In this document: in pieces, positions 22,094 through 33,812 of the stretch
Position numbering within the stretch: position 1 is the first letter of the stretch
Layout: every line of letters starts with the position of its first letter
Notes under the pieces: model-generated
The model's database searches: none
What the model was told of the DNA's origin: nothing
What the model saw: only the letters and a program-made list of their open reading frames with translations
Position numbers and translations under genes: made by a program
Origin: Diplonema japonicum
Lineage: Eukaryota > Protista > Euglenozoa: Diplonemea
Assembly: GCA_964019335.1 (NCBI GenBank)
Contig: OZ025650.1
Location: 1 to 64,000, forward strand
Reading direction: 5' to 3'
DNA: 64,000 nt

Positions 22094-23262
22094 TTAGATG
22101 TCATAGACCTTGCCGTCAATTTCGATGTTCCTCTTCGGCGGTCGTGTCTCCCTCCTGTGCTGGTAGAACTCACGTTTGATCTCTCGGACCTGTTGTTGTG
22201 TGTTGCTTCGTCTTTCTTGTCGTTCCATACCAACTCCAAAGCCTGGGGTTTGTACTCTTCAAATGATATTTTGCTCTCGCCAAACGACGAAGCCAAACTG
22301 GACAAGCTTAGCTTCAAGGTGTGGAAGGGTTCAAGAACCTCGCCTTCCAAGGCGATGTCGATGCCGTCGAGTAGGCTCGTCACCTGGTCTGTGAAAGCAC
22401 CGACAGGGTCTTCTTCTTCTTCTTCCTCTTCTTCATCCTCTTCCGTTTCTTCTTCCTCCTCTTCAATCTCATACAGTGGAGTAGATGCCGCCAGCAGGGC
22501 CAAGACTGCTGCGAGACATGCAGCCTCCTGTTCGTTGACATCAGGGGTCATCTCCGAGTAGACACCTTTAATGCCCGAGAGCATCTTAGCAGTCTCAGGA
22601 TCCTCCAGCATCATGGCAGCAATATCGTTGTCAGTGATGTCCCAGTCCTCTTCATCTTCATCACTTTCATCTAGCACCGGATCGAGGATGGTCCCGTCAG
22701 GCATTGGCTGGTTCCGCATCCCACAGCACTCTCCCTCCCACCTCTGCTGGATCGGCAGGTCTTTTACATGATAAGCTGAGCAGTTCTTATTCAAACAGAA
22801 GTTGTACAGCCCCCTCCTGTGTGTGTACCTCGCGTTTCCTTCTAGCATGTCCGGATCGTCTAACACGCTCCTCCGTTGTGGCTTCACCTCCACCTCGTCG
22901 TCTGAGCTGTCCCACCTGTCATGGATCCCTGTGTGTGGCAAACCCCCCTTTTCTCCCCACTCTCTCTCCGCAGCCTGGATCTCTTCCTCGGTCAGCTCCT
23001 TTGTCGTGATGAATTCTTCTTTTTCTTGCTGCACTTCAACCAGTCCTGCATCCTCCAACCGCTTCCGCTGCAGCCACTTCGGGTCGCTCCTCATGAAGTG
23101 TGGTGTCACGAGGATGTCCTCTGCGTCGGTGCTGTCAAGCTTCACCTCCTGTCCATATCGCGTGACCTTGCGACGCTTCACGTTAGTGTCGTCAGCGACG
23201 TCTGCGTCCTCACCCTTTGCGGTGGGTTTGAAGAGGTCATCGATGCTGTGCCCACCGAACAT
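22094..23262 (-). CDS. Acidic hypothetical protein; 1 intron (22190-22230)
   Basis: Long ORF with Glu/Asp tracts. Removing a 41-nt GTATG..CAG intron gives the C-terminus VREIKREFYQHRRETRPPKRNIEIDGKVYDI* instead of read-through into low-complexity spacer. Confidence 0.7.
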
Positions 23263-23324
23263 GTGTGTCCACCTCTGTGTTGCTATGGATGGTGGTGCTG
23301 GGGAAAAAAAAAGAAACTTCTTAT

Positions 23325-23861
23325 CTAATGAATCACTTTCCGGTCTATCCAGTCAAAGACCTCGTTGACGCCTGTGCCTGTCACCCCGCTGGCGCTGACG
23401 AGTGTGACGTCGAACTCGTCTGCGAGGTCTGCCATGCCGAGAGAGGTCAGCAAGGTCTCCTCCGCCATGCGAGAGGGCGCGTCTTGCTTGCTGATCACAA
23501 CGAGGAAAGGGACTCCTTTTGCTTTTAGTTTTTCATTACTTAACAGATTGTACAGCTCCACAACACTGGTCGGGAGCTCAGCAGGTTGCGTGGGATCCAC
23601 CACGAACAGCACGCCACTGAGGTCATTGTTCTCTATCTGCCTGTGCGCCAGGCTCAGCATTGACCCGCCGACCTCGATCACTTTCAACGACACGTTGCCC
23701 ACGGACAGGTTGTTCGTGATGTCCACCCCCACCGTTGAGTACAGCTTCCGCATCTCCCTTCCGGGCACTACCATTCCTTTGCAATACGCCTTCAGCTGCT
23801 CCATCAACGTGCTCACACCAGACCCGAGGCCCCCCAACACCAACAACGTCGGGCCGCTCAT
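23325..23861 (-). CDS. ARF-like small GTPase, ARL16-like, with degenerate P-loop
   Basis: GGLGSGVST (G1), STVG (G2), EVGG (G3 with Glu, as in ARL16), VLFVVD, SKQD (G4), SGVTGTGV. Confidence 0.75.
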   Translation of the reverse strand: MSGPTLLVLGGLGSGVSTLMEQLKAYCKGMVVPGREMRKLYSTVGVDITNNLSVGNVSLKVIEVGGSMLSLAHRQIENNDLSGVLFVVDPTQPAELPTSVVELYNLLSNEKLKAKGVPFLVVISKQDAPSRMAEETLLTSLGMADLADEFDVTLVSASGVTGTGVNEVFDWIDRKVIH

Positions 23862-24018
23862 TTCACCCCCTGTGTCTGTCGAACCGGTGAGTGCAGTGAA
23901 CAGTGAATAACAAAACTATCCTTACGCTAGACAAAGGTCGGGTCGGGTCGGTTTTTTATTACGATCCTGAGACACTGACGCTTAAATAAAAATAGAAGAG
24001 CCCCTTTTCATAACAACT

Positions 24019-25233
24019 CTATTGCGACCCGTAAAGGGCTTTGCAAGTCTCATCCAGTGCAGCAACGACCATGTCGGTTTCCTCGTCGGTGATAGTGAGG
24101 GGGGGCATCACACGCAAGGTGGTGCCCTCTATACCGCAAGGCGCAAAGAAGATGATGGAGTGCTTTTGCAACATGTGCGACGTGAACTCAGTGGCGGCCT
24201 CCTTGGACGGCATGTCAAAGGCGACCATCATGCCGGTGGCACGAGGGTTCAGGAGACTGGGGTACTTTTCGATGGCTGCCAAAAACCTCTCTGCTTGGCG
24301 GTTGGCGTTGGCGAGGAAAGCAGGGTCCTCCATGATGTCAAGAACAGCGTTAGCAGCGGCGGCGGCGACAGGGTTCCCGCCGTATGTCCCGCCATGCATG
24401 GAGGGCTCGAGGGAGTCCATCACCTTCTTGGAAGCAGCGAATCCTGCAAACGGCATGCCACCTGCAACACCCTTGCCGAAGACGACAACGTCGGGTGCAG
24501 CGTTAGGGTAGTACTCGAACCCGAACATCTTGCCGCATCGCCCGAAGCCTGATTGGATCTCGTCGGCAACAAGGAGCGCACCGGAATCTTCGCAGCGTGC
24601 CTTCAAGTGCTCCATCCATTCGACAGGCATCTTGTGGAAGCCGCCTTCCCCTTGGATAGGCTCAATGAGCACGCCTGCAACAGAGTCCCATGCCATGTTG
24701 CCCCGCGATTTCAGATCAAGGCTTTTTATACAGCTTTCAACATCTTCAGGTAACGTTGGTCTTTCGCAGTGGTGGATGTTAGGCTGCGCTGGGAAACATG
24801 GAGAAGTGTATTTACTCCCGCTGGATGTCAAGGTCATGGCGGTAGCGGTTCTTCCGTGGAAGGCGGAGTTCATGGCAAGGATGTTCATACGACGGGTGTG
24901 CGCGCGGATTAGCTTCGATGCTCCTTCGATGGCCTCTGCTCCTGAGTTGCAGAAGAAGAACGTGTCAATGCCGGCAGGCATGTGCTTCTCGAGTCTTTTA
25001 CAGTAGTTCACAAGGGTCTCGCTGTAGTGGCAGTTCACCTGGCAGTGGATGAACTCTTCGGCTTGCTTTTGAATGGCCTTCACGATGTGGGGGTGGCAGT
25101 GCCCTGTGTTCACGACGGCGATGCCGGAAGTGAGATCCAAGTACTTCTTCCCCTCAGTGTCATACACAAAGCAGCCTTTCGCTGACTTCATCGTCAGGTT
25201 TGTCACCCTCCCCCAACAGCGTGCTAATGACAT
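24019..25233 (-). CDS. Class III PLP-dependent aminotransferase (GabT/ArgD-like)
   Basis: YLDLTSGIAVVNTGHCHP, NSGAEA, FHGRT, EPIQGEGG, DEIQSGFGRCG, GKGVAGGMP (PLP Lys) and HGGTYGGNP. Confidence 0.93.
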   Translation of the reverse strand: MSLARCWGRVTNLTMKSAKGCFVYDTEGKKYLDLTSGIAVVNTGHCHPHIVKAIQKQAEEFIHCQVNCHYSETLVNYCKRLEKHMPAGIDTFFFCNSGAEAIEGASKLIRAHTRRMNILAMNSAFHGRTATAMTLTSSGSKYTSPCFPAQPNIHHCERPTLPEDVESCIKSLDLKSRGNMAWDSVAGVLIEPIQGEGGFHKMPVEWMEHLKARCEDSGALLVADEIQSGFGRCGKMFGFEYYPNAAPDVVVFGKGVAGGMPFAGFAASKKVMDSLEPSMHGGTYGGNPVAAAAANAVLDIMEDPAFLANANRQAERFLAAIEKYPSLLNPRATGMMVAFDMPSKEAATEFTSHMLQKHSIIFFAPCGIEGTTLRVMPPLTITDEETDMVVAALDETCKALYGSQ

Positions 25234-26265
25234 TTCTTTTGTTGTTTTTTTTTCCTCTTTTTTCTCTGTTGGTGGGTCTTTCTTTTAAGGAAGATGGTTC
25301 GTAATTTAAAAAAGAAAATCAATAAATGACGAAACTCATCTATTGAGCAAAAAAAAAAAAAAAAAAAAAAGGAAGAGAGAAAAAAAAAAAAGGAACATTA
25401 ATAATTCGTAAAGTAAAGAGAAAAAAAAAAGAAATAAAGAAATAATTATATTGGAACTCAACATTCTTTTTGTTCCCCCCCCTTTTCTTTCGCTTGGTTC
25501 TTTCTTAATTACTTTTTTGTTTCGCTTTGATTCGAACAAAAAAAAGGATGCAAAGAGCCAGAAAAGAAGAGAAAACAACACGAAGAAAAAAAAAAGATCC
25601 CCTTTTTTGTAAAACTTTTCAGAATAAAAAGTAAACAAGGTACTACTTGCTCTTATCTTGGTTTTCCTTTTTTTTTTTGTTTTCTCTTCTTCTCTTTTCT
25701 TGAAAAAGAAACACCCCTTTTTTCGATGTATTTTTCTTCTTTTTCTTGTTCCGTGTCCAATGTCTGAGAAAGAAAGAGATGAAAGAAAGAGAAGAGAAAG
25801 GACACAACCGTCGGCCTCTGTAATTAAAAAAAAAAAAAAAAGAGATAAATAGGAAAAAAAGGCAAGCACCATGCAGTAGATAGAACGACACGTTTCTATT
25901 TCGGAAAAAAAGAAATTGGAGAAGCGGGGCTAGCATTGGGTGAAGCACTTCAAAAACTTTTATTAACTCCTCAACCCTCCCCGTAGGCCAGTACTTGTTA
26001 ATAATATAAAAGATAGACAAGTCAGAGACTCTCGAAAAAAAAAAAACCCCCCCCAAGACCACGTGATTCATGTATTCGTGGGCAAACTTATCTAAGTACA
26101 AAGGAAAGAAAATTAAAAATGAATATATTTTCTCCCCCTCCCCCAAGGGTAATAGTAGTGGCCTGTCCTTTCAAAAAGATGTGTGGGTGGGTACTGCTTG
26201 CTCGGTAACATTAAAAGATAAATTCCCGAAGAACACAACTAAAAAAAATAAAGATTCCTTCAAAG

Positions 26266-26304
<39 letters not shown>

Positions 26305-26428
26305 TTCGTTCCCGTGGAGGGACACCAGACAGGGGGTGGTGACAAAAAAAAAAAAAAACACACACCAACCAATTAAGGATAGCTTTTTCTTTCTTTTCTT
26401 TTCCTTTCTTTTCTTCTGGTTTCTTTTT

Positions 26429-29400
26429 CTAAAGCGCAGGCTCGTCGTACTCAAAATCTTGCATTTCCTGCTCCGGCTGCCCTTGTCTACCCTGAACATG
26501 CCCTTGACCACCCTGTTCACCCTGAGCATGCCCTGGTTGCATATGCTGTGGCTGCACAAATGCAGGTTGCTGATAAGGCTCTGTTACAGGTGGGGCATCT
26601 TCTTCACTGTCCCTCTGAGCACGCTCGGAAATACGGATGAAGACTTGTTCTAAAGAAGTCTCATTGATGCTGTACTCTGTTATTCCTATGTGTCTGTTGG
26701 TCTCGATAGTCCTGAAGACGGAGGCTAGCGATGCGGTGATGGGGAGCTTGTAGGTCAGCCTGAGGTTCGTGGCCTCCTCCAGCATGGAGTCGGGGTACGT
26801 TGTCACCATGAAGGATCTGACAGCTGCGTCTGCTGCAGGGTCACGCACCCTCAGTTCCAGCTCGTACGCATCACCGAATTTCGATTTCAATTGCTGCAGT
26901 GACCCAATGCACTGCAGCCGTCCGTCCACCATGATCGTGACTCGGTGCTGCAGATGCGACAGCCCCTCCACCTCCTCCAAGTGGTGCGTCGTCAGCACCA
27001 CGCACCTGTCCTTGCAAGCATCCTCCAACGCCCTCCACAACCCCCTCCTGGCCACAGGGTCCATCCCGGCGCTCGGCTCATCTAGGAAGATCACCGGGGG
27101 CCCTCCTATCAAGGCGATCGCCACTGACAATTTCCTCTTGTTCCCCCCCGACAGCGACTTTGCCTTCTTCTTCCTATGGTCCTGAAGGTCAAGCGAGTGG
27201 ATTAACGTTTCAATACTCTCCTTAGCATGCTCCGTTGGGACGCCCCGCAGCCTGCAGTACAGCCACAGATGCTCGTCGGGTGTCAGGTGGTCGAGCAGCG
27301 CATCGAACTGCGGGCAGAAGCCCAGACTCTTCCGCACGTTTTCCAGCTCCGTTGCGATGTCGTAGCCCCTGCCTGTCTCTGGGTTGTGCCCAATCAGCGC
27401 AGTGCCTGATGTGGGCGGAAACTCCCCTGAGAGCACGGACAAGGTAGTTGTCTTCCCTGCCCCGTTGGTGCCCAGAAAGGCGAAGAGCTCTCCTTTTTTG
27501 ACTCCAAACGACAGGTCGTGAACAGCGACCTTCGTGGGCCATGCCTTGCGCAGGTGCTGCACGGTGATGAGGTCACCGTCTCTGCCAGCTTCCACTTCTT
27601 GTCTTTCTTGCATCACAGCACTGTCCTCAACGGCCTCCTGCGCTCCCTGGTTCTGGCGTTGCTCTTTGGTGAAGCGCAGCTTTGCGCGGTACGTAGGCCA
27701 CATTTCGAGAAGGTACGTGATGAGCATGCACAGTGGGATCGAGAGGGCCATGAAGGTGAGGTCGCGACCAACAACCTTCCAGGAGAGGGGTGCGGACTTG
27801 TCGGAGCCCGTCACCTTGAGGAGTGTGAGTGAAGACAGCTGGATGAGACCTTCGCCGAGGCAGAAGGAAGGGACGATACGGTAGAAGTACTGCAGAACAA
27901 AGTTGATGTCGTGGGTGGACTCGATGAGGTCCATGATGAAGGAGGTCACAACGAGGATGAAACCGGTGATGAAGTTGGCGATCGACACAACGCTCTGCGC
28001 CGTGGTGTGTGTGGTGAAGAGGAAGGACACAGCATAGCTGTTGATGACGCTGGAGATGCCGTACATCAAGAACAGCAGGATAGTAGCGGTGGCCGTCTCA
28101 AAGTCTCCAATGAACTCCTTTCTACCGTCGATCGCGAAGAGCAACAACACAATAACCCTAGAGTGAATAGGTATGGGTGAATAGGATTACATACAACGTG
28201 ACTGAGTAGGCGCATATGTCAAAAGCAAATGACGAAAGCCAATACGACGTTACCTTCACACCTGACACCAGCTGCACGTGCTTCGCCTGTGGAATGGCGT
28301 AATGTCTATTAATGACTTATTATTCATACCTTGCTCTCTCTCTCCTTCACAATGAATGAAACGTAGTTGGAGGGCAATAGCGTAAACGGGAGGAGGATTA
28401 CCAGGGATGTTATTAGCACCTGATATGACTTGATAAGGTCCTGAAGGTAGTCAGAGAACGGAAGGGGGTGGTTCCTCGCTTTGACATAGGCAGCATCACC
28501 ACTCTTCTGTCGCAGGATGGCGTTGTGGTACATGTTCAGCGCTGCAGGCATGGAGGCAACCCATGTTGCGTTCGTAAGCAGTGTTGTTGTCTCGTAAGGT
28601 ATGTCCTGCCGTGGTTGTGCATCGAGCGTTGGAAAGGTGTCGCCCCCCGCCATCGCCACCACACGGTCCTCGCTGTGCCCGAAATAATTGTCAAGCAGCC
28701 ATTCTGACAGATGGGCCGAGTTCACGCTCACATTGTCCATCGTGTACTGCTCTGAAGGGAAGGCGCAAACCCCGCTCCCCAAGCACCCCCTGAACAGCTC
28801 GGACCCGTCATCCGCAATCGGCATTTTGAACGGCGTCCCGAACTGCTCCACTCCGAGTTCGATAGAAGGGAACTCCGGCAGCGGTATCCTCCCCATCAGC
28901 AACGCAATGCCAATAAAGAACACGGGCAGACCGAACTGGAAGCACAACGTCCTTTTGTCCCTCTTCGCCGAATGCGCCCTCTTCAGCACTAGAGCTTTGA
29001 ACTGTGACACAGCCAAGTCCGTCCCCGTCACAGGCTCTGATTCCGGGTCCGTGATGCTATACAGCTTGAAATTCTCGTTTCCTTTGCCTACGATATTGCG
29101 GTCAGTGGGGACATGCGCGTCTCCCAGGGCGATTTTCATGAAAACCTCTTCAAGTGTCGTGACGCCCACACCGTAGCTCTCGACCTTGATCTCGCTTTTA
29201 TTTGTGTCGATGTTTTCGAACAGGTTGGGGAAGAACTGCTGGGCCCTACAGGTTGTGAGCACCCCCTCCAGGTGCCGCCTGTCCTCCGGATCGACGGTGA
29301 CGTTCGTGATGAATGTGGCGACGAGCTCGGCACGCTCCTCAACCTGAGAAACAAGCAGCTTGCTCTTCATATCAGTGGACAGCTCTGTCTGGTCCACCAC

Positions 29401-32109
29401 CTCGTCGGTGATAGGCATGTATGAGGGGAGCTGCATTTTGAGTTCGTTCCCGCTGCTTGACAGAAACCTTGCGTTCGGAACGTGAGACCTGACAAGCTGC
29501 TCCACCTTCTCCACATTGCACCCTGCCTGCATGGCGAGGGACAAGTTGTACCCGACACCAAGCTTCTGCTTCAAGAAGAACGGCGACCCTCTGGAGTGCA
29601 AGCGCCCGTTCTCCATGATCATGACAGAATCACCCAGCAAGTCAGCCTCGTCCATGTAGTGTGTGGTCAGCACGATGCAGCGTTCCCTTAGGATCTCTGG
29701 CCTGCGAAGAAGGTGCCACATGGCACGTCTGGACTCCACATCCATCCCGGCCGTGGGTTCGTCGAGGAACACCAGCCTCGGACCGCCAATGAGAGCGATG
29801 GCCACAGAAAGCTTCCTCTTCTGTCCACCGGATAGCGTGCATGAATGCGCATCTTTCTTGCTCCCCAAGTTGATAAGATCAAGCATCTGGTCTACCAAAA
29901 CCTTCAACTTGTCCGTTGGAACGCCCTTAAGCCCGCCGAAGAACATCAGATGCTCCCTGCAAGTGAGATCTGCCCACAAGATATTGTGCTGCGGGCAGAG
30001 CCCAAGATCCTCACGGATCACATCCATGTCGCACAGGATGGACTTGCCCCAGATGCGGCAGTCGCCAGTGTCAGGTTCCAGCATGCCTGTTAGCATGTTA
30101 ATCAGAGTCGTCTTTCCAGCGCCATTGTGCCCCAAAATGCACTGGATCTGCCCTTCATAGAATGACAGTGAGTTGTCAGGAAGCCCCATCCCCAGGTGGT
30201 TCACGGCAGGCACAGGCTTGTTTGGGAATTTCTTTGTAATATCCGTAATGCGGATACGCTCGTGCTGCTGCATCCTCGACGCTGTTTCTTCGTCGTAGCT
30301 CTCGACCACAGGGGGATCAGGGGGCACGTCGCCTACGGAGGAACGCACCACGGGCGTGCTGGACCAGTAAGACCGTTGGAAGAGGAAGAGAGGGTGCCTT
30401 TTGACACCCCATTCAGAGGGCAGCACGTTGTCTAGGTACCAGGCTAGGACGAGGTACAGCAAGGTATCGAAGAGCATCATGAAGATGCAGAGAGCAAAGG
30501 AGTAGCTATCGGAGGTAAACTGGCTCAATCCAGCACCGATGCCCGCGCCTTCATAGTCGCACAGGAGCGAGGCACCATACCCAAAGGCAGAAGGCGACAG
30601 GAGCGAGAGCCATGTTTTGGACGCAACGGAGATCTCATCGTTGATGACGGAGCGGGGGATGGTGGTGAGCATCATGATGAGCGGCGACACAAGGGATGCA
30701 ATGCGCGCCTTCGAGAAGAAGACTGAGATGAGAAGTGAGAGAGCGATGATGGATTCTGAGAAGGACCAGAACAGCAGGAACACCACGAGCGGTGACGAGT
30801 TCTGGAACATGTTCTTCCTGGTGATGCCCACGATAAACAGTGACGACAGTGACTGCAAGATGGTGTAGGTGAGGAACCACGAGGCGTAGAAAGATGGCCG
30901 CGAGAGGCCCATGATAAGCATCCCCTCCCGCTGGCGCTCTTCTTTTTCTAACACAACGGAGCTGACAAGCTTCGACACTGGGTAGATGTACGCAAAGGAT
31001 AAAAACAAAGGCAGAATCTGCTTGGCCCGCATGTAAAACTCGGATTCCTTGTACTGTGCAGTGGGCATGGGGCAGGTCACAACAGGAGTGACGTAAGTTT
31101 CGTTGAGGAGTGCACTTGTGAGGATGGATTGGAGGGTAGTGAATCCCGACAATTGGTATTTCTGGAAAGGTTTCTCACCGAGGCCCTGGGCGAAGCGTTG
31201 ATGGGGACGGCGTGTGCTTGGTGTGGAGGAGTAGTTCATACGTATGGTGAAGTCGTACTGGTTGGCGTCGTCATCCGCTTGAGTGAGTGCGATGACGGCC
31301 CATGTCGTTTCAGCACCGTCACCTTGGGCGTAGCGAACGGCACGGTGCTCATCGGGCCATACACCGTGGCATGTTGTGTCTGTCAGGGTGTCGGCTATAC
31401 TTGCGTTGTACACAGTGTCGAAGAGCATTGTGTGTGAACGCATGTAGCTGATCACATTCTGCACTGCCGAGCACGGGACTGCATCAGAACGTGAGAACTC
31501 GAGGTTCCCAGAGTGCTCCAACGACGCGACGTCAAACTTTTGAGCGAAGCTGTAGTCCACACTCTTCTGCAACACCACCATGCTGTCAAAATTAGTCACA
31601 TCAACCGGGGCCGTTAGATTTATACTCGGAGGAGATGAACCTAGCTTCAGTCTGACCTGCGCCTGCCACTTTTCCCCGGGAGGCGGACGGATATCAGCTA
31701 AAACAGGCCCCGAGGAGCATTCTGTAAAGCCTACCGGATTGTTTGCATGGGGTGGGAGGCCGGAGACGCATGCGATCTTGTCCTTTACGAAAGATGTAGT
31801 GTTGACTAAAGGGTTGTTCATATAGTCTCCAGGGGGTCTTGTGTACAGGTTGGCTGCGAGGTACCCAGAGACAACCATCAAGACAAAAAGCGGGGGGAGG
31901 AACACCTCGCAGCAGCACCCGCACGGCTTTCTCCGCTTCAGTTTCATGTTCTTGTCGATTGTCAGCTTCAAGTGACTCAACGTCCTGTGCTTCTGCTCAT
32001 ATCTCCGTAAATCTATGCTCCCCGCCGCTGCCGTCTGCTTAGTACGGGTGTCATTTTCGTCAAAGTCTGCGAGGAGCATACCAAGCTCCTCATCGTGATT
32101 GTTGCTCAT
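26429..32109 (-). CDS. ABCA-subfamily full ABC transporter; 2 introns (28287-28329, 28158-28194)
   Basis: Two NBDs (GHNGAGKTT/LSGGQKRKL/LDEPT and GTNGAGKTT/LSGGNKRKL/LDEPS). The 43- and 37-nt introns join the two track ORFs through KERESK|AKHVQLVSGV...YW...D, the ABCA consensus. Confidence 0.95.
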
Positions 32110-32500
32110 CTTCTACCCTCTTCTTCTATCTTTTTTTTTTCTTCGCCCGATATCTCTTCTCCACCCTTTCCCTTTGTATTGGTGTGCACACGATTTGGAA
32201 GCAGAAAAGAAAAGGGGGGGAAAGGTGGGAAATAAAACTCTCAAGGTTCAAGTATGAGTATGTAGAAGAACTCATTAAAACCGAAGCAATATAATGGATA
32301 GGGCGGAAGGAAAAAAAAGAAAGTACAAGAAATATAGGAAAAGCAACTACACCACCTAAATGACAGGAACACAAAAATGAAGAAAAAAGGGGGTATACAT
32401 CTCTCTCAAAATAATAATTAAAAACCTTTAAAAACAAAATAATTAGACTTTTGCCGCGACTTCGAAGTGCAGCCATGAGTCTTTCTCATTTTCCCCTTTT

Positions 32501-33448
32501 TCAAAATTCGATGATTCCAATGTCGGCAGGGCAGTTCATCCTTGCATTGCTGTGTGACCCCAGGCCGCGCGACACGATAAGAGTAATATTCGGAGCAAGC
32601 TGGTGGAGACCTTCTGCGAACCGCCAGTTTTTCACCGTGAATGCGAGCCTGAAGGGGGTCCATCTCAGCGATGTGTACGTAAAATTCAGCGCAGAGAAAA
32701 ACTCATGGATGTAAGACAAGTATGGGATACCATTCGAGTTACAGATCTGCCCGCCGTGGGTGTGACCAGAAAGGAGCAAGGTACGCGGGAGAGACAATCC
32801 TTTCTCATGTTCAAGTTCTTGCAACCACCCGACTATCCGAGGCGCGGTGTCAGGGTTGTGGGTTAGAATGAGGATCTTCTCGAAACCTGAGTAATCTTGA
32901 AGCTCGTTGCGAAGTGCGTTCCTGGCTGTTTTCCAACCAGGCGACACCTGATCTTCCAAACCGATGACCTTCACCCCACGCCCTGCTGTGGCACCCTCAT
33001 TGAGCAGAACGTTTACACCTGCATCGGATAAGTTCTTGGAAATCACCTTTCGCCCATTGACATCCTTGTAGTCATGGTTCCCCAAGGAAGCATACACCCC
33101 ATGTGAGCTAGCGTATTTCAGCGAAGACAGGTATTTTTCGGCAAGCTCCTTTGACGGAGCTGGATCATCGTTGATGTAGTCCCCAGTGGCACATATTATA
33201 TCTAACTGGCTTGTCTTCAGCTCCTCCAACGCCTTGTGCAGAACTACATCAGGCAGCGTTCCCTTAACCTTGTCGTAATGGAAATCACTAATATGTCCGA
33301 TCCTCAGTACCCTTTGCCCATCGATGTTGAGGTCGTGGTGCCTCACCTGGAACTCTGTTGTCCCTTTGTACAGAAACAACTGAAGCGTCTTCAAGCCGAT
33401 GGACGCGATGGCTACGACGACACACAAGCTGGTCAACCAATATATCAT
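32501..33448 (-). CDS. Calcineurin-like metallophosphoesterase, YkuE/YaeI type, with N-terminal membrane anchor
   Basis: SDFH, TGDY, LGNHD, THNPD, LSGHTHGGQ and SRGLG motifs. Confidence 0.9.
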   Translation of the reverse strand: MIYWLTSLCVVVAIASIGLKTLQLFLYKGTTEFQVRHHDLNIDGQRVLRIGHISDFHYDKVKGTLPDVVLHKALEELKTSQLDIICATGDYINDDPAPSKELAEKYLSSLKYASSHGVYASLGNHDYKDVNGRKVISKNLSDAGVNVLLNEGATAGRGVKVIGLEDQVSPGWKTARNALRNELQDYSGFEKILILTHNPDTAPRIVGWLQELEHEKGLSLPRTLLLSGHTHGGQICNSNGIPYLSYIHEFFSALNFTYTSLRWTPFRLAFTVKNWRFAEGLHQLAPNITLIVSRGLGSHSNARMNCPADIGIIEF

Positions 33449-33496
33449 TTTATTTTTTCGTTTTTTCTTTTTTGCAAGGATCTTTGGTCCCTTTTA

Positions 33497-33812
33497 CTGT
33501 AAAGTGAAAAATGCCGGAAGAGAAAACCGGAGTGACAACTCCCGGAAGCGAAAAAAGCGGATATTTCGACACCCCCAGTTGCCCGCTCACCCCTGAGACT
33601 GGAACAAACGTTACGGGGTTCCGTGGGCAGTTTCTTCTGCTCCCCATGTCCCTTCTGTTTGCACCTATGACCATGGATTGTTGCGTTCAAGCACATGACG
33701 GAAAGAAGAAATCGTGGAACACGGCGGGGAGCTCCATTCAATGTGAAGTGGGCTAAAAGACAAAGGGAGAGCATGCAAAAAAACCTCTCTTCCGGATTTT
33801 TTCGTTTTACAG
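33497..33812. mobile_element. MITE-like non-autonomous DNA transposon, 316 bp, 27-bp imperfect TIRs, flanked by TA
   Basis: Left end TA|CTGTAAAGTGAAAAATGCCGGAAGAGA; right end reverse-complemented TA|CTGTAAAACGAAAAAATCCGGAAGAGA (23/27). GC-richer interior with no convincing ORF. Confidence 0.65.
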
